Part shown: positions 50,411-59,868 of the stretch, in pieces
Position numbering within the stretch: position 1 is the first letter of the stretch
How the letters are laid out: every line of letters begins with the position of its first letter
Assembly (NCBI GenBank): GCA_963663165.1
Contig: OY760175.1
Location: forward strand, 5,664,001 to 5,728,000
Direction: 5' to 3'
DNA: 64,000 bases
DNA from: an uncultured Desulfospira sp.
GTDB lineage: Bacteria; Desulfobacterota; Desulfobacteria; Desulfobacterales; Desulfobacteraceae
Program-made: the position numbers and the translations under genes
The notes under the pieces: generated by a model
The model's database searches: none
Told to the model about the DNA's origin: nothing
Seen by the model: the letters and a program-made list of their open reading frames with translations, nothing else

Positions 50411-51244
50411 TTAACTGGCCCGGCTTTTTTTAAAGGCTTCCATGCTCGTTTTTTCATCATCCAGATAGGATGCAAGCCGTTTGGCCAGTTCGTCAAAATC
50501 CACCTTGTGACCGTCAAATTCCGGGCCGTCAACACAGGCAAATTTGGTCTCGCCGCCCACAGAAACCCGGCAACAGCCACACATGCCCGTGCCGTCAACC
50601 ATGATGGGGTTGAGGCTGACAAAGGTCTTAACCCCTTTTTCCTTGGTGATGAGGCTGCAAAACTTCATCATGGGAATGGGGCCGATGGCCACGACTAAAC
50701 TGATATCCTCTTTTTCAATAACGTCCTTGAGCACATCTGTAACAAATCCGTGGTGTCCGTGGGAACCGTCATCGGTACAGATGTGAAGGGTGTTGGACGC
50801 TTTTTTCATCTTTTCTTCCATGATGAGCAGGTCATAGCTTCTGGCCCCGAGAATGGTGGTGACCTCGTTCCCGGCGTTCTTCAGGGCCCGGGTAATGGGG
50901 TGAAGCACGGCAATTCCGGTGCCGCCGCCCACGCAGACCACCTTGCCGAGTTTTTCAATGTGGGTGGGAGCGCCCAAGGGGCCGATCAGGGCAAAGTATT
51001 CATCTCCGACGGCAAGTTCGGCAAACCGGGCGGTTGATTTCCCTACCACCATATAAATAATGGTAATGGTCCCTTTTTCAGGATCGGTGTCGGCCATGGT
51101 TAACGGGATTCTTTCCCCGGTTTCGTCGGCCTGGAGAATCACAAACTGTCCGGGCTTGGCCTTCCGGGAGATACGGGGAGCTTCGATTTCATTCATCACA
51201 ATGGTCCCCTGGGCCATTTCCTCACGATTGATGATTTTTGTCAT
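50411..51244 (-). CDS. nfnA: electron-bifurcating transhydrogenase small subunit (SudB-like)
   Basis: PGQFVI, GERIPLT, GGGTGIA, MVDGTGMCGCCRV...CVDGPEF. Confidence 0.88.
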   Translation of the reverse strand: MTKIINREEMAQGTIVMNEIEAPRISRKAKPGQFVILQADETGERIPLTMADTDPEKGTITIIYMVVGKSTARFAELAVGDEYFALIGPLGAPTHIEKLGKVVCVGGGTGIAVLHPITRALKNAGNEVTTILGARSYDLLIMEEKMKKASNTLHICTDDGSHGHHGFVTDVLKDVIEKEDISLVVAIGPIPMMKFCSLITKEKGVKTFVSLNPIMVDGTGMCGCCRVSVGGETKFACVDGPEFDGHKVDFDELAKRLASYLDDEKTSMEAFKKSRAS

Positions 51245-51503
51245 TTATTCCTTCCTCCTAATGTCAGTAAATATATAAAATACAGCATCTGCGGCTGAAA
51301 AAGCTTTGTTTTGCCCGGGGTTACCGGAACAAGAAATCATGATAGTCAGAAAAGCTAATAAAATCAAGAAGAGAAGCGTGAAAACCTGCGGCGGGGAAAA
51401 AGCCGATAAAGCCTGTCCGGTTTTCAAACTTTCCAGGGCTTTGGCCAGCGGCCAGATCAATTTTTCTGGAAAGTTTGAAAACCACATTTAATTATCTTAA
51501 AAT

Positions 51504-53462
51504 TTAAGGGGTTACCGTATTAAAACCGTCGGGGGGGATGATGTCTCCTTTTTCCTGTTTCAATGCTTTGAGACCATTTTTTTGTTCTGCCAGGATGTCA
51601 AACAGCTGCTGGGGAATCCCCTGTTCTGCAGCATAGGCTTTTTCCTGGAGTTCAATTCGCTGGATAATGTTATCCGTGTACAACGCAAACTGCTTGTCGT
51701 AAAGCGCCTTTGGGTATTCTTTTGAAATAATATCATTAAAAAGTGTTTTTAAGTCCTCATACACGGGCAGATTGCCGATGGGCGTGGGCAGGTATGCCAC
51801 CTCGCCGTGGGCATATCTTTCCAGCCAGGCCAGCCAGACCTTAACGTCCCGTTTTTCTCCGAGCAGTTTGTCTGAATCCCCGCCCCGGGCCCGGTGGGTT
51901 AGAAAATAGTTCAGGCCGGCCATGACCGGTTTGTATTCCGGCGCAATTTTCTGGGACCCGAAAAATTTGAACTGGGCATCCATATAATCGCCCAATGCCC
52001 CGGGAATAAAAGGCGCATTGGCCCATGGCGCCCGTTTAACACCGGAAACCCCCACCTCTGTGGCCGTGGCCGCAGAGACAATACAGGCACCGATGACCAC
52101 GCCCTGGTCTGAATTTTTGGCCACCCATACCGGGGGCATGGTGTCTGAATCCCGGCCCGAGTAAGTGAAAACCCTTGTCAGCACCCCTTGGGGATTTTCC
52201 GATTCCGGGGAGTAGTTGTCCAGACAGCGGGATTTTAAGGTGCACCTGGAGTTGGGGTGGGATAAGGGAACCGGCTTGCCGTTTTTATCGGTTTTGCCTT
52301 CAAACCAGTCGCCCTGGAAGTTGAATCCTTTGTCCGGATGGGGCTCGTTGTTGCCCACCCAGTGGGGGACTTTGTTTTCGTCAACCAGCACATTGGTCCA
52401 GATGACCTCATGGCCGGGTTGGCGAAGAATTTTCATGAGCAATGGATCGCCGTCAAGGTTGACATCCTCCACAATACCGAAAATGCCGTTCTCAGGATTA
52501 ACAGACCGGATGCTGCCGTCATCGGCAATCCACATCTGGGCCAAGTCATCTCCCACAAATACGTTTCCGGCCATGGCGGTGGTGGTCTTGCCGCATCCGC
52601 TCGGGGCAGCACCGGCACACCAGGTCACCCGATCATTGGAACCGTTGATGCCGGTGATAAACATATGCTCGGACAGTTCAAGCCCCCTGTTTTCGTATAC
52701 GGCCTTGTCCACGGCAAATCTATGGTTCCCTTTTTTGAGCAGCAGGGTGTTGCCGGCATAGGTGCATTTAAAGGAGTAGGTGGTCTGGTATTTTCGGTCC
52801 ATGAACACCCGGGCGTGGGGCAGGTCTTCGGGTCGGTTTAAGCCTTCGGAATGAACATTGGTGAAAAAATGGCCCTGACGTTCAACTTCCTGCTGGAATC
52901 CGTCATAGGCGTTCCGGTAAAGCAGCTCTGCGCTGTGGCTGACATAGGCGGAACTGGTGATTTCCAGGGCCGGGTTGGTGACTTTCGCCCCCAAAGGCCC
53001 CCTGGCATAAAATCCGACCACCATGGTCATGCCCTTCATGATATCGGTCATGTTGGACTTGACTTCTTCAAAGGCATGGGGCCGGTCCATCCGGTTGGCA
53101 AGGGAGGAGACCAGGTCTTCCGGGTCTGCAATATAGTAGGTCCGGTCCACGATCCGGCCCTGTTCGTCGGCCAGGTCATAGTGGATGGTATGCCCGTCCA
53201 TGGCCAGGGCGCTTTCTTCCCCTTTTTCCAGGGCGAGCTGCCGGATGAATTCTCGGTCCTCTGCTGTTCCGGAGTTGATGAAAACGCGGTCGGGATTGCA
53301 GATCACCACCGCGTTGGCGATTCTTTTCAATACTTCGGGGTGTTGAATCTTGGAAATTCTTGAAAAATGGGTGTTGTCCAGTCTTTCTTTAAACAGGGCA
53401 AGGGCATCTTCCAGGGAGTGAATTTTTCCTAACTCATTTAAAATATCCATATCAGTTTCCAT
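51504..53462 (-). CDS. pckG: phosphoenolpyruvate carboxykinase (GTP)
   Basis: YAGNTLLLKK, SEHM, GAAPSGCGKT, VGDD, NPENGIFG, HPNSR. Confidence 0.9.
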   Translation of the reverse strand: METDMDILNELGKIHSLEDALALFKERLDNTHFSRISKIQHPEVLKRIANAVVICNPDRVFINSGTAEDREFIRQLALEKGEESALAMDGHTIHYDLADEQGRIVDRTYYIADPEDLVSSLANRMDRPHAFEEVKSNMTDIMKGMTMVVGFYARGPLGAKVTNPALEITSSAYVSHSAELLYRNAYDGFQQEVERQGHFFTNVHSEGLNRPEDLPHARVFMDRKYQTTYSFKCTYAGNTLLLKKGNHRFAVDKAVYENRGLELSEHMFITGINGSNDRVTWCAGAAPSGCGKTTTAMAGNVFVGDDLAQMWIADDGSIRSVNPENGIFGIVEDVNLDGDPLLMKILRQPGHEVIWTNVLVDENKVPHWVGNNEPHPDKGFNFQGDWFEGKTDKNGKPVPLSHPNSRCTLKSRCLDNYSPESENPQGVLTRVFTYSGRDSDTMPPVWVAKNSDQGVVIGACIVSAATATEVGVSGVKRAPWANAPFIPGALGDYMDAQFKFFGSQKIAPEYKPVMAGLNYFLTHRARGGDSDKLLGEKRDVKVWLAWLERYAHGEVAYLPTPIGNLPVYEDLKTLFNDIISKEYPKALYDKQFALYTDNIIQRIELQEKAYAAEQGIPQQLFDILAEQKNGLKALKQEKGDIIPPDGFNTVTP

Positions 53463-53782
53463 GTGCTATAATAATTTGGAGCCCAGTACCAAATCGTAAA
53501 AATTAATAATGTCGTTATACCTATCACTTAATCCGTAAAAATCAACTGATATCTTATAATTTTTTAGAAAAAACAAATCATTACTATGAAAAAAACCTGT
53601 GATGGGATATGGAATAAAAAAACAACTTACCTTTTTGTTATAAAACCCGGGCGTTGTCTGGTATGGTATTCTGGACATGACGCCCTCAACGAACCATGAA
53701 AGCCATGAAGGTCACAGAAAGGGCAGCCCTAACAACCTTCAGCCTAAACCCCTTCAACCTTTCAACTAAAGGATAATAAATA

Positions 53783-54685
53783 TTGAATATTTACGCCGAC
53801 TTACACAACCACACCACGGCATCTGACGGGGATTTCACCCCTGAACAGCTGGTTAAAAAAATCAAGGAACTGGGCATAAAGGCCATCGGGGTGACCGACC
53901 ACGATACCCTGGCCGGGCTTAAACCGGCCATTGAAGCCGGAAAAGCCTGCGGGGTGACGGTGATTCCCGGGGTGGAAATTTCCATCCGGTTCAAGCGGTC
54001 CTATTTTACCGGCACCCTTCACCTGCTCAGTTACTTTCCCGGGGACAGGCTTGAAGATCAGGCCTTTGTCCGGGCCTTTGAGGATTTGCTGGCCAAAGGC
54101 CGGGGGGAGGGGCTTGTCCGGGCACGGATCGGCCAGATCAATACCGTGTTCGGCCCTGGCGGGACATCGCCGCTGTTAGACCGGGACATGGTGTTTGAAG
54201 ATATATCGGCATACAGTTCAAATGCCAGCCGCCGCCATTTTGCCCTGGCCTTGACCGAGCGGTTCGGCATTGGGGATAAGGAAAAGATCACCCGGATCAT
54301 CGGCAATGACAGCCCGGCCTACCTGCCCTCGGGGGTTGAGCTTGACGCGGTCAAAACATTTATTGCAGACCATGGGACAACACCGGTGCTGGCCCACCCG
54401 GCCGCCGGTTCCTTTCCCGGGAAAGGCCACTATAAGGAGGTGCTGCCGCCCCTTGAAACTGTTGAAAAGATTTTTCCTGAGTTTATGGATGCCGGGCTTA
54501 AGGGGATTGAGGTCAACTATCCGGGGCATGCCATGGAACACCGGCGCATCCTGCTTTCCTGGGCTGAAGAATATGGTCTTTTGATTACCGGCGGCTCAGA
54601 CTGCCACGATGCAACGGATCGCCCCCCCGGTGTAGAAGGATTAAACGAAGAAACGTTTCAGCAATTCATGGAAAACGTCAAATGA
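53783..54685 (+). CDS. PHP-domain metallophosphoesterase (TrpH/YciV-like)
   Basis: DLHNHTTASDG, TDHDT, GVEIS, LAHP, TGGSDCH. Confidence 0.88.
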   Translation: MNIYADLHNHTTASDGDFTPEQLVKKIKELGIKAIGVTDHDTLAGLKPAIEAGKACGVTVIPGVEISIRFKRSYFTGTLHLLSYFPGDRLEDQAFVRAFEDLLAKGRGEGLVRARIGQINTVFGPGGTSPLLDRDMVFEDISAYSSNASRRHFALALTERFGIGDKEKITRIIGNDSPAYLPSGVELDAVKTFIADHGTTPVLAHPAAGSFPGKGHYKEVLPPLETVEKIFPEFMDAGLKGIEVNYPGHAMEHRRILLSWAEEYGLLITGGSDCHDATDRPPGVEGLNEETFQQFMENVK

Positions 54686-55140
54686 GGCGAACCGACCGGG
54701 AAATCAAAGAAAAGGCTGCCATTGAAACGATCATCAGGGCCTGTCGTGTCTTAAGGCTTGGCATGGTGGACAAAAATCGCCCTTATGTGGTCCCCTTAAA
54801 TTTCGGGTACCAGGGCGGCTGCCTCTATGTTCACAGTGCCCGGGAAGGCCGGAAGATCACCCTTATCCGGGAGAACCCAAATGTCTGTTTTGAACTGGAT
54901 GTTCTGGAAAGCATAATACAGGGCAGTCAGCCCTGCAAATGGGGGGCTCAATACAAAAGCGTTATCGGGCAGGGAACCGCCGTTATTCTGGAAAATTTTC
55001 AAGAAAAAAAACATGGGCTTGCCGCCATTATGGCCCATTATTCAGACCAGAAATTTGAGTTCCCCGATAAAGCCCTTGAACAGACCACGGTTGTCCGGAT
55101 TGACATCCGTGAAATGACCGGAAAGCAAACCCGGCAATAG
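54682..55140 (+). CDS. pyridoxamine 5'-phosphate oxidase-like/NimA family flavin-binding protein
   Basis: MRRTDREI, PYVVPLNF, HSAREGRK, NPNVCF, SVIGQG, TGK. Confidence 0.85.
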   Translation: MRRTDREIKEKAAIETIIRACRVLRLGMVDKNRPYVVPLNFGYQGGCLYVHSAREGRKITLIRENPNVCFELDVLESIIQGSQPCKWGAQYKSVIGQGTAVILENFQEKKHGLAAIMAHYSDQKFEFPDKALEQTTVVRIDIREMTGKQTRQ

Positions 55141-55330
55141 CGACAGAAAAGGCGGCGGGGAAAGGAAAATAAAACGCCGGACAAAACGGCGGGTGTTTGT
55201 TTCTTTTGTCTTTTTTCCGGCTCTTTTTTGTTGATTTTTTACGGAAAATGGATGATGTTATGCTATTAATTGGCTATAGCATAAAACCTGCCCTTGCTTG
55301 TAACCCAATATAGGCGGCATACTGAATAAA

Positions 55331-56512
55331 ATGATGGAAAATAAACCATACGGGGATCTTCAACCCTTAACCCGGGTCTATGTGAACCTTGACGCCCTGT
55401 CGGCCAATGTCCGGGCCCTGAAAGCAAAGTGTGCGGACAAGGTGAATCTCATGGCCGTTGTCAAGGCAAACGGGTATGGCCATGGTGCCGTGGAAACGGC
55501 CAGAACAGCTTTGGCGGCCGGTGCGTCATGGCTGGCGGTGGCCCGGATTTCAGAGGCCGTCACCTTGAGAAGCGCCGGGATCACCGCGCCCATTCTTTTG
55601 TTTGGGGACATTTTGCCCGGCCAGGCCCAATATGCCGCTGACCATGACATCAGAATTTCCCTGGCCTCTATAGACGCGGCCAAAGAGATTTCAACGGCGG
55701 CCAGCGGGTCAGGCTGCCGGGTCAAGGCCCATGTGAAGATGGACACGGGCATGGGGCGGCTCGGCCTGCTGGCCGGCCCGGATCTGAACATTGACGGGCT
55801 CATAGGGGATTTTTTTAAGATCAAGGCACTGCCCGGGCTTCAAATAGAAGGGATGTACACCCATTTTGCCAATGCCGATGCCCATGACAAGGCCCATGTT
55901 TTAGGACAGGCCGCCCTGTTTTCCAAAATCAGGGAAACCCTTAAGGCCAAAGGAGAAACCAGCCTGCTGGCCCATGGGGCAAACAGTGCGGCCGTGATCG
56001 AACTGCCCGAGGCCCATTTTGACATGGTCCGGCCCGGAATCAGCCTTTACGGGCTCTGGCCGTCAACCGAGGTTGACCGGAGCCTGATCCGGCTTGAGCC
56101 GGTCATGTCCATCCGGTCACGGATCATCCATATCAAAGATGTGCCCAAGGGGTTCAAGGTCAGTTACGGTTCCACCCATATCACCCCCGGCCCCACTAAA
56201 ATTGCCACTGTGCCCATCGGGTATGCCGACGGTTACAGCCGGTTGCTGTCCGGTTGCGGGACCATGCTGGTCCGGGGAATGAGGGCAAAGATTACAGGGC
56301 GGGTCTGCATGGACTTTACCATGATTGATGTGGGGCATATCCCCGGGGTCTGCCGGGGGGATGAGGTGGTTATTATGGGAACCCAGGGCAGTGAATCCGT
56401 GTCAGCCGATGATATGGCAAAGCTTACCGGCACCATTAATTATGAAGTAACGGCCGGCCTGACCGGCAGAATGCCCCTTGTCCATGAAAGACCGGCCGGG
56501 CATAACCGCTAA
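55331..56512 (+). CDS. alr: alanine racemase
   Basis: AVVKANGYGHG, KMDTGMGRLG, ANSAA, RPGISLYG, GYADG, GRVCMD. Confidence 0.95.
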   Translation: MMENKPYGDLQPLTRVYVNLDALSANVRALKAKCADKVNLMAVVKANGYGHGAVETARTALAAGASWLAVARISEAVTLRSAGITAPILLFGDILPGQAQYAADHDIRISLASIDAAKEISTAASGSGCRVKAHVKMDTGMGRLGLLAGPDLNIDGLIGDFFKIKALPGLQIEGMYTHFANADAHDKAHVLGQAALFSKIRETLKAKGETSLLAHGANSAAVIELPEAHFDMVRPGISLYGLWPSTEVDRSLIRLEPVMSIRSRIIHIKDVPKGFKVSYGSTHITPGPTKIATVPIGYADGYSRLLSGCGTMLVRGMRAKITGRVCMDFTMIDVGHIPGVCRGDEVVIMGTQGSESVSADDMAKLTGTINYEVTAGLTGRMPLVHERPAGHNR

Positions 56513-56528
56513 TCAAGGAGTAATACCC

Positions 56529-57773
56529 ATGGCACCTGTAACCCAATTTGATTTTGAAACCGGTTTATGGCGCAGGCCAGACCCCTTGGACCGGGAGGGG
56601 ATTGTGGTGTCCGTTGCCGGGGACCTTGCGCCCATCCGGGCCTTTTCAGGAATTATGGAGAACACCCCGGAAGATATTTTCGGCAATCTTCTGCCCGGGC
56701 TGGTTGAGGCGGATTTAACCATTGTCAATCTCGAATGCCCCTTGAGCAACATGGGCCGGCCGGTCCAGAAAAGCGGCAGCGTGTTCAAGGGGAAAAAGGC
56801 CCATATCAAGGCCCTTGAAGCGGTTCCCTTTGATGCCGTGACCCTGGCCAATAATCATGTGCTCGATTACGGGGTCCAGGCCTTTGAAGATACCCTTAAA
56901 ACCCTGGACAACGCCCAAATCAAACGGGTCGGTGCGGGCAAAGACATCAAGGAGGCCTTTGCGCCGCTGATCCTGGAAAAAAAAGGAATCCGTATTGGTG
57001 TCATCAACTTCAGCGAGGGGGAGGACCTGACCGCGGCTGATGAGGACAGCCCGGGGGTGGCCGGCTGGGACCTGGACTTTGTCTGCGCCCGGGTGAAATC
57101 CCTGAAAGGCAAGGTGGACTGTATCATGGTGATTGCCCATTGCGGCATTGAGTATATTCCCTTTCCCCCGCCTTATGTGAACCAGGCCTTTGAGCGCGTG
57201 GCCGATGCCGGGGCCGATATCGTTATTGCCCATCATCCCCATGTTCCCCAGGGGGTAAGGTTTTACAACCAGGTGCCCATTTTTTTCAGCCTGGGAAATT
57301 TTGTGTTTTACCAGCCCACGGATTTAAAATTCAGGAAACTCGGGTTCACCCTTGATATCGGCGTGGATAAAAAAGGCCTTGCCAGTTACGAGGTCAAGCC
57401 CTATGTGATCCGGGATTCCGGGCTTTCACTGTTAAAGGCCCGGGCCAGAAAGGAGTTTTTTCAATACTTCAGGGATATTTCCCTTCCCCTTCAGAGCAAT
57501 GCCACCCTGGAACAGGCCTGGCATGCCTTTTTATGCTATTACGGCACCAAGGGGTTTTTAAATGAAATTGAAAGCATTCTGATCCGGCTGAAAACCAATC
57601 CCCGGAAAGGGGCGGCCATGATGAGGAACCGCTTGACCACCCTTCAGCATTTTCATCACTGGAAGGACACCATGACCGGGATTATCGCCGACAATCTCAA
57701 GGATCCTGTGGAGTGGGGGGATCGGATTATCAAGCTTTATATGACCGATACCGGGCAGATTCCCGATGAGTAA
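56529..57773 (+). CDS. CapA/PgsA-family metallophosphatase-like protein
   Basis: GD, NLECP, LANNHVLDYG, HCG.EY, HHPHVPQ, SLGNF; AAGGAG RBS. Confidence 0.85.
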   Translation: MAPVTQFDFETGLWRRPDPLDREGIVVSVAGDLAPIRAFSGIMENTPEDIFGNLLPGLVEADLTIVNLECPLSNMGRPVQKSGSVFKGKKAHIKALEAVPFDAVTLANNHVLDYGVQAFEDTLKTLDNAQIKRVGAGKDIKEAFAPLILEKKGIRIGVINFSEGEDLTAADEDSPGVAGWDLDFVCARVKSLKGKVDCIMVIAHCGIEYIPFPPPYVNQAFERVADAGADIVIAHHPHVPQGVRFYNQVPIFFSLGNFVFYQPTDLKFRKLGFTLDIGVDKKGLASYEVKPYVIRDSGLSLLKARARKEFFQYFRDISLPLQSNATLEQAWHAFLCYYGTKGFLNEIESILIRLKTNPRKGAAMMRNRLTTLQHFHHWKDTMTGIIADNLKDPVEWGDRIIKLYMTDTGQIPDE

Positions 57774-57811
57774 GATGTTTGGGGCAGGTGGGAAAGTGAG
57801 AGGGTGAGACG

Positions 57812-58714
57812 GTGGGAAAGAGAACTATTTTGGTGACGGATTCGGGTCTTGGGGGATTGTCCGTGGCGGCGGATATCCTTTCAGGGCTTTCAGAGGCATC
57901 GGCCTGGCCCGAGGTGTCCATGATTTATTTTAATGCCTGGCCGGAACCGGACAGGGGATATAACCATTTTCCGGACATGGCCTACCGGGCCGCCGTGTTC
58001 AATAATGCCCTTGAGGCCATGGGCCGGTTTTCCCCGGATCAGATTCTGATTGCCTGCAACACCCTGTCGGTGATTTATCCGTATACCCGGTTTTCAGAAA
58101 AGACTGCCATTCCCGTGTCCGGGATTGTGGACAGCGGGGTGGATATGATGGATAGGGCACTGGCGGCTGATCCGGAAAGCCGTGTAATTATCTTTGGCAC
58201 CCCGACCACGGCCCGGTCCGGGATTCATCAACTGGCCCTTGTGGAAAGGGGTATCCGTCCGGAACGGATCATCAACCAGGGCTGCTTTAACCTTGCCGGC
58301 AAAATCGAACGAAACCCCTTTGGCCGGGAAGTTGAAACAATGATCCACGATTATATTAAAGAGGCGGCACAGCAGTTTCCCCAAAAAGGCGGGACGGTTT
58401 TTGCCGCACTGTGCTGCACCCATTTTGGATACCGGCAGGACCTGTTTGAACAACAGATCAAAGAACAGATCAGTGACCAGGTCACGGTGCTGAACCCCAA
58501 CAAGGAGATGGCCGGCCGTGTCCTGGCCGGCTGTCCCGGCCATGAAAAGCCGTTTAAAGCACAAACGGACATTCGTATCTTTTCCCGGATAGAGTGGGAG
58601 CCGGAAAGGCTTGCGGCCTATGAAAAACTGTTGTCCCCCCAATTCCCCCAGGTGGTCCGGGCGTTGAAGCAATACCATTATGACCCCCATTTATTTAAGG
58701 AGAGTGTGTGTTGA
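57812..58714 (+). CDS. aspartate/glutamate racemase family protein (MurI-like)
   Basis: DSGLGGLSV; catalytic-type ACNT and CTHF motifs. Confidence 0.82.
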   Translation: MGKRTILVTDSGLGGLSVAADILSGLSEASAWPEVSMIYFNAWPEPDRGYNHFPDMAYRAAVFNNALEAMGRFSPDQILIACNTLSVIYPYTRFSEKTAIPVSGIVDSGVDMMDRALAADPESRVIIFGTPTTARSGIHQLALVERGIRPERIINQGCFNLAGKIERNPFGREVETMIHDYIKEAAQQFPQKGGTVFAALCCTHFGYRQDLFEQQIKEQISDQVTVLNPNKEMAGRVLAGCPGHEKPFKAQTDIRIFSRIEWEPERLAAYEKLLSPQFPQVVRALKQYHYDPHLFKESVC

Positions 58715-59700
58715 AGAATAAAATTTTACTGCTCACCGGACCCGGCGGAGACGCCCAGGGCTGGGGAGATATCAAGGTAACCGAATCTGTGTGCCAGGCC
58801 ATTATTGACAGCGGGTACGATGCAAAGATCGCCTTTGTCAACACCATGGACGAGTTTGAGAATGTCCTTGCCCAGGGCTCATTCGATATGATCTGGAGCG
58901 CCCTTTATTATGTTACTGAGCGGTCAGAAACCATTGGGCTGACCCAAGGGCAGTGGCTGGCGGATATTTTTGATGAAAAGGGGATTCCCTATATCGGCCC
59001 GGATGCCGCCACCATGAAAGCCCTGATCCAGAAGACCGTCACCCATGATATCCTGACAAAAAATCAGGTGCCGGTTCCCTTTCATTTCCAGGTGGGCGTG
59101 GGGGAAGATTTGCCGGACATTCCTTTCCCGGCCTTTGTCAAGCCCAGCAATGAATCCCGCTCTGTGGGCATCAACGATGACAGTGTGGTCCACGACCGGA
59201 CAGAACTGGCCCGCCAGGTGGCCTGGATTCATGAGGCTTTTGACCAGCCGGCCCTGGTGGAAGAATACCTGCCCGGAGACGAGTATACCGTCCTCATGCT
59301 GGGCAACGGCCAATACCAGGAATTTCTGGCCGGAAAGGTGGAGGTGGATCCAAAGCTTTTTGGCAAATACCCCATTTTAAGAAGCGATCTTCGGGGGGTC
59401 GGCGTCACCAAGATCAAACCGGCCGGCAAGCTCAAAGACAAGGCGGACAAGCTCTGCGCCCAGGCCATGAAGGCCCTGAACTGCCTGGACCATGTCCGGA
59501 CAGACATGCGGCTGGATGCAACGGGAACCCTTAAAATCATTGAGGTCAACGGCATCCCCGGCCTTAAGCCCATTAAAAGCTGGAGTCCCCAGATTTACAC
59601 CCTTCACCACGGCTCCCCGGAAGGCCCCATGACAGATTACCGGAACCTGATCGGACACATCGTAAAATCCGCCCTGGCCCGCTACAATCTGATCGAATAA
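58708..59700 (+). CDS. divergent D-Ala-D-Ala ligase-like ATP-grasp enzyme
   Basis: GIPYIG, FVKP..E..SVGI, LVEEYLPGDEYTV, RTDMR, IEVNGIPGL. Confidence 0.8.
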   Translation: MLKNKILLLTGPGGDAQGWGDIKVTESVCQAIIDSGYDAKIAFVNTMDEFENVLAQGSFDMIWSALYYVTERSETIGLTQGQWLADIFDEKGIPYIGPDAATMKALIQKTVTHDILTKNQVPVPFHFQVGVGEDLPDIPFPAFVKPSNESRSVGINDDSVVHDRTELARQVAWIHEAFDQPALVEEYLPGDEYTVLMLGNGQYQEFLAGKVEVDPKLFGKYPILRSDLRGVGVTKIKPAGKLKDKADKLCAQAMKALNCLDHVRTDMRLDATGTLKIIEVNGIPGLKPIKSWSPQIYTLHHGSPEGPMTDYRNLIGHIVKSALARYNLIE

Positions 59701-59723
59701 GGGATTTGGGCTGAACGAAGGCT

Positions 59724-59868
59724 GTGTTTGGGCGAGAAGTTGCCCAGATGCAAGGCGTAACCTAAAGGTCAGAAACCAGGAAAATTTGCAACCGGAGCAA
59801 CCTTTGGGGTTGTGAGGCTTGCAAATTTTCCTGCAACGCAGCAGATGGGTGGCTTTTCGTTCAAACAC
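59724..59868. mobile_element. 145-bp MITE-like palindromic element, family A copy 2
   Basis: near-identical to 5116-5260. Confidence 0.8.

Noticed and set aside
56529..57773. Poly-gamma-glutamate capsule locus
   Set aside because: capB and capC are absent; CapA-like domains occur widely on their own.
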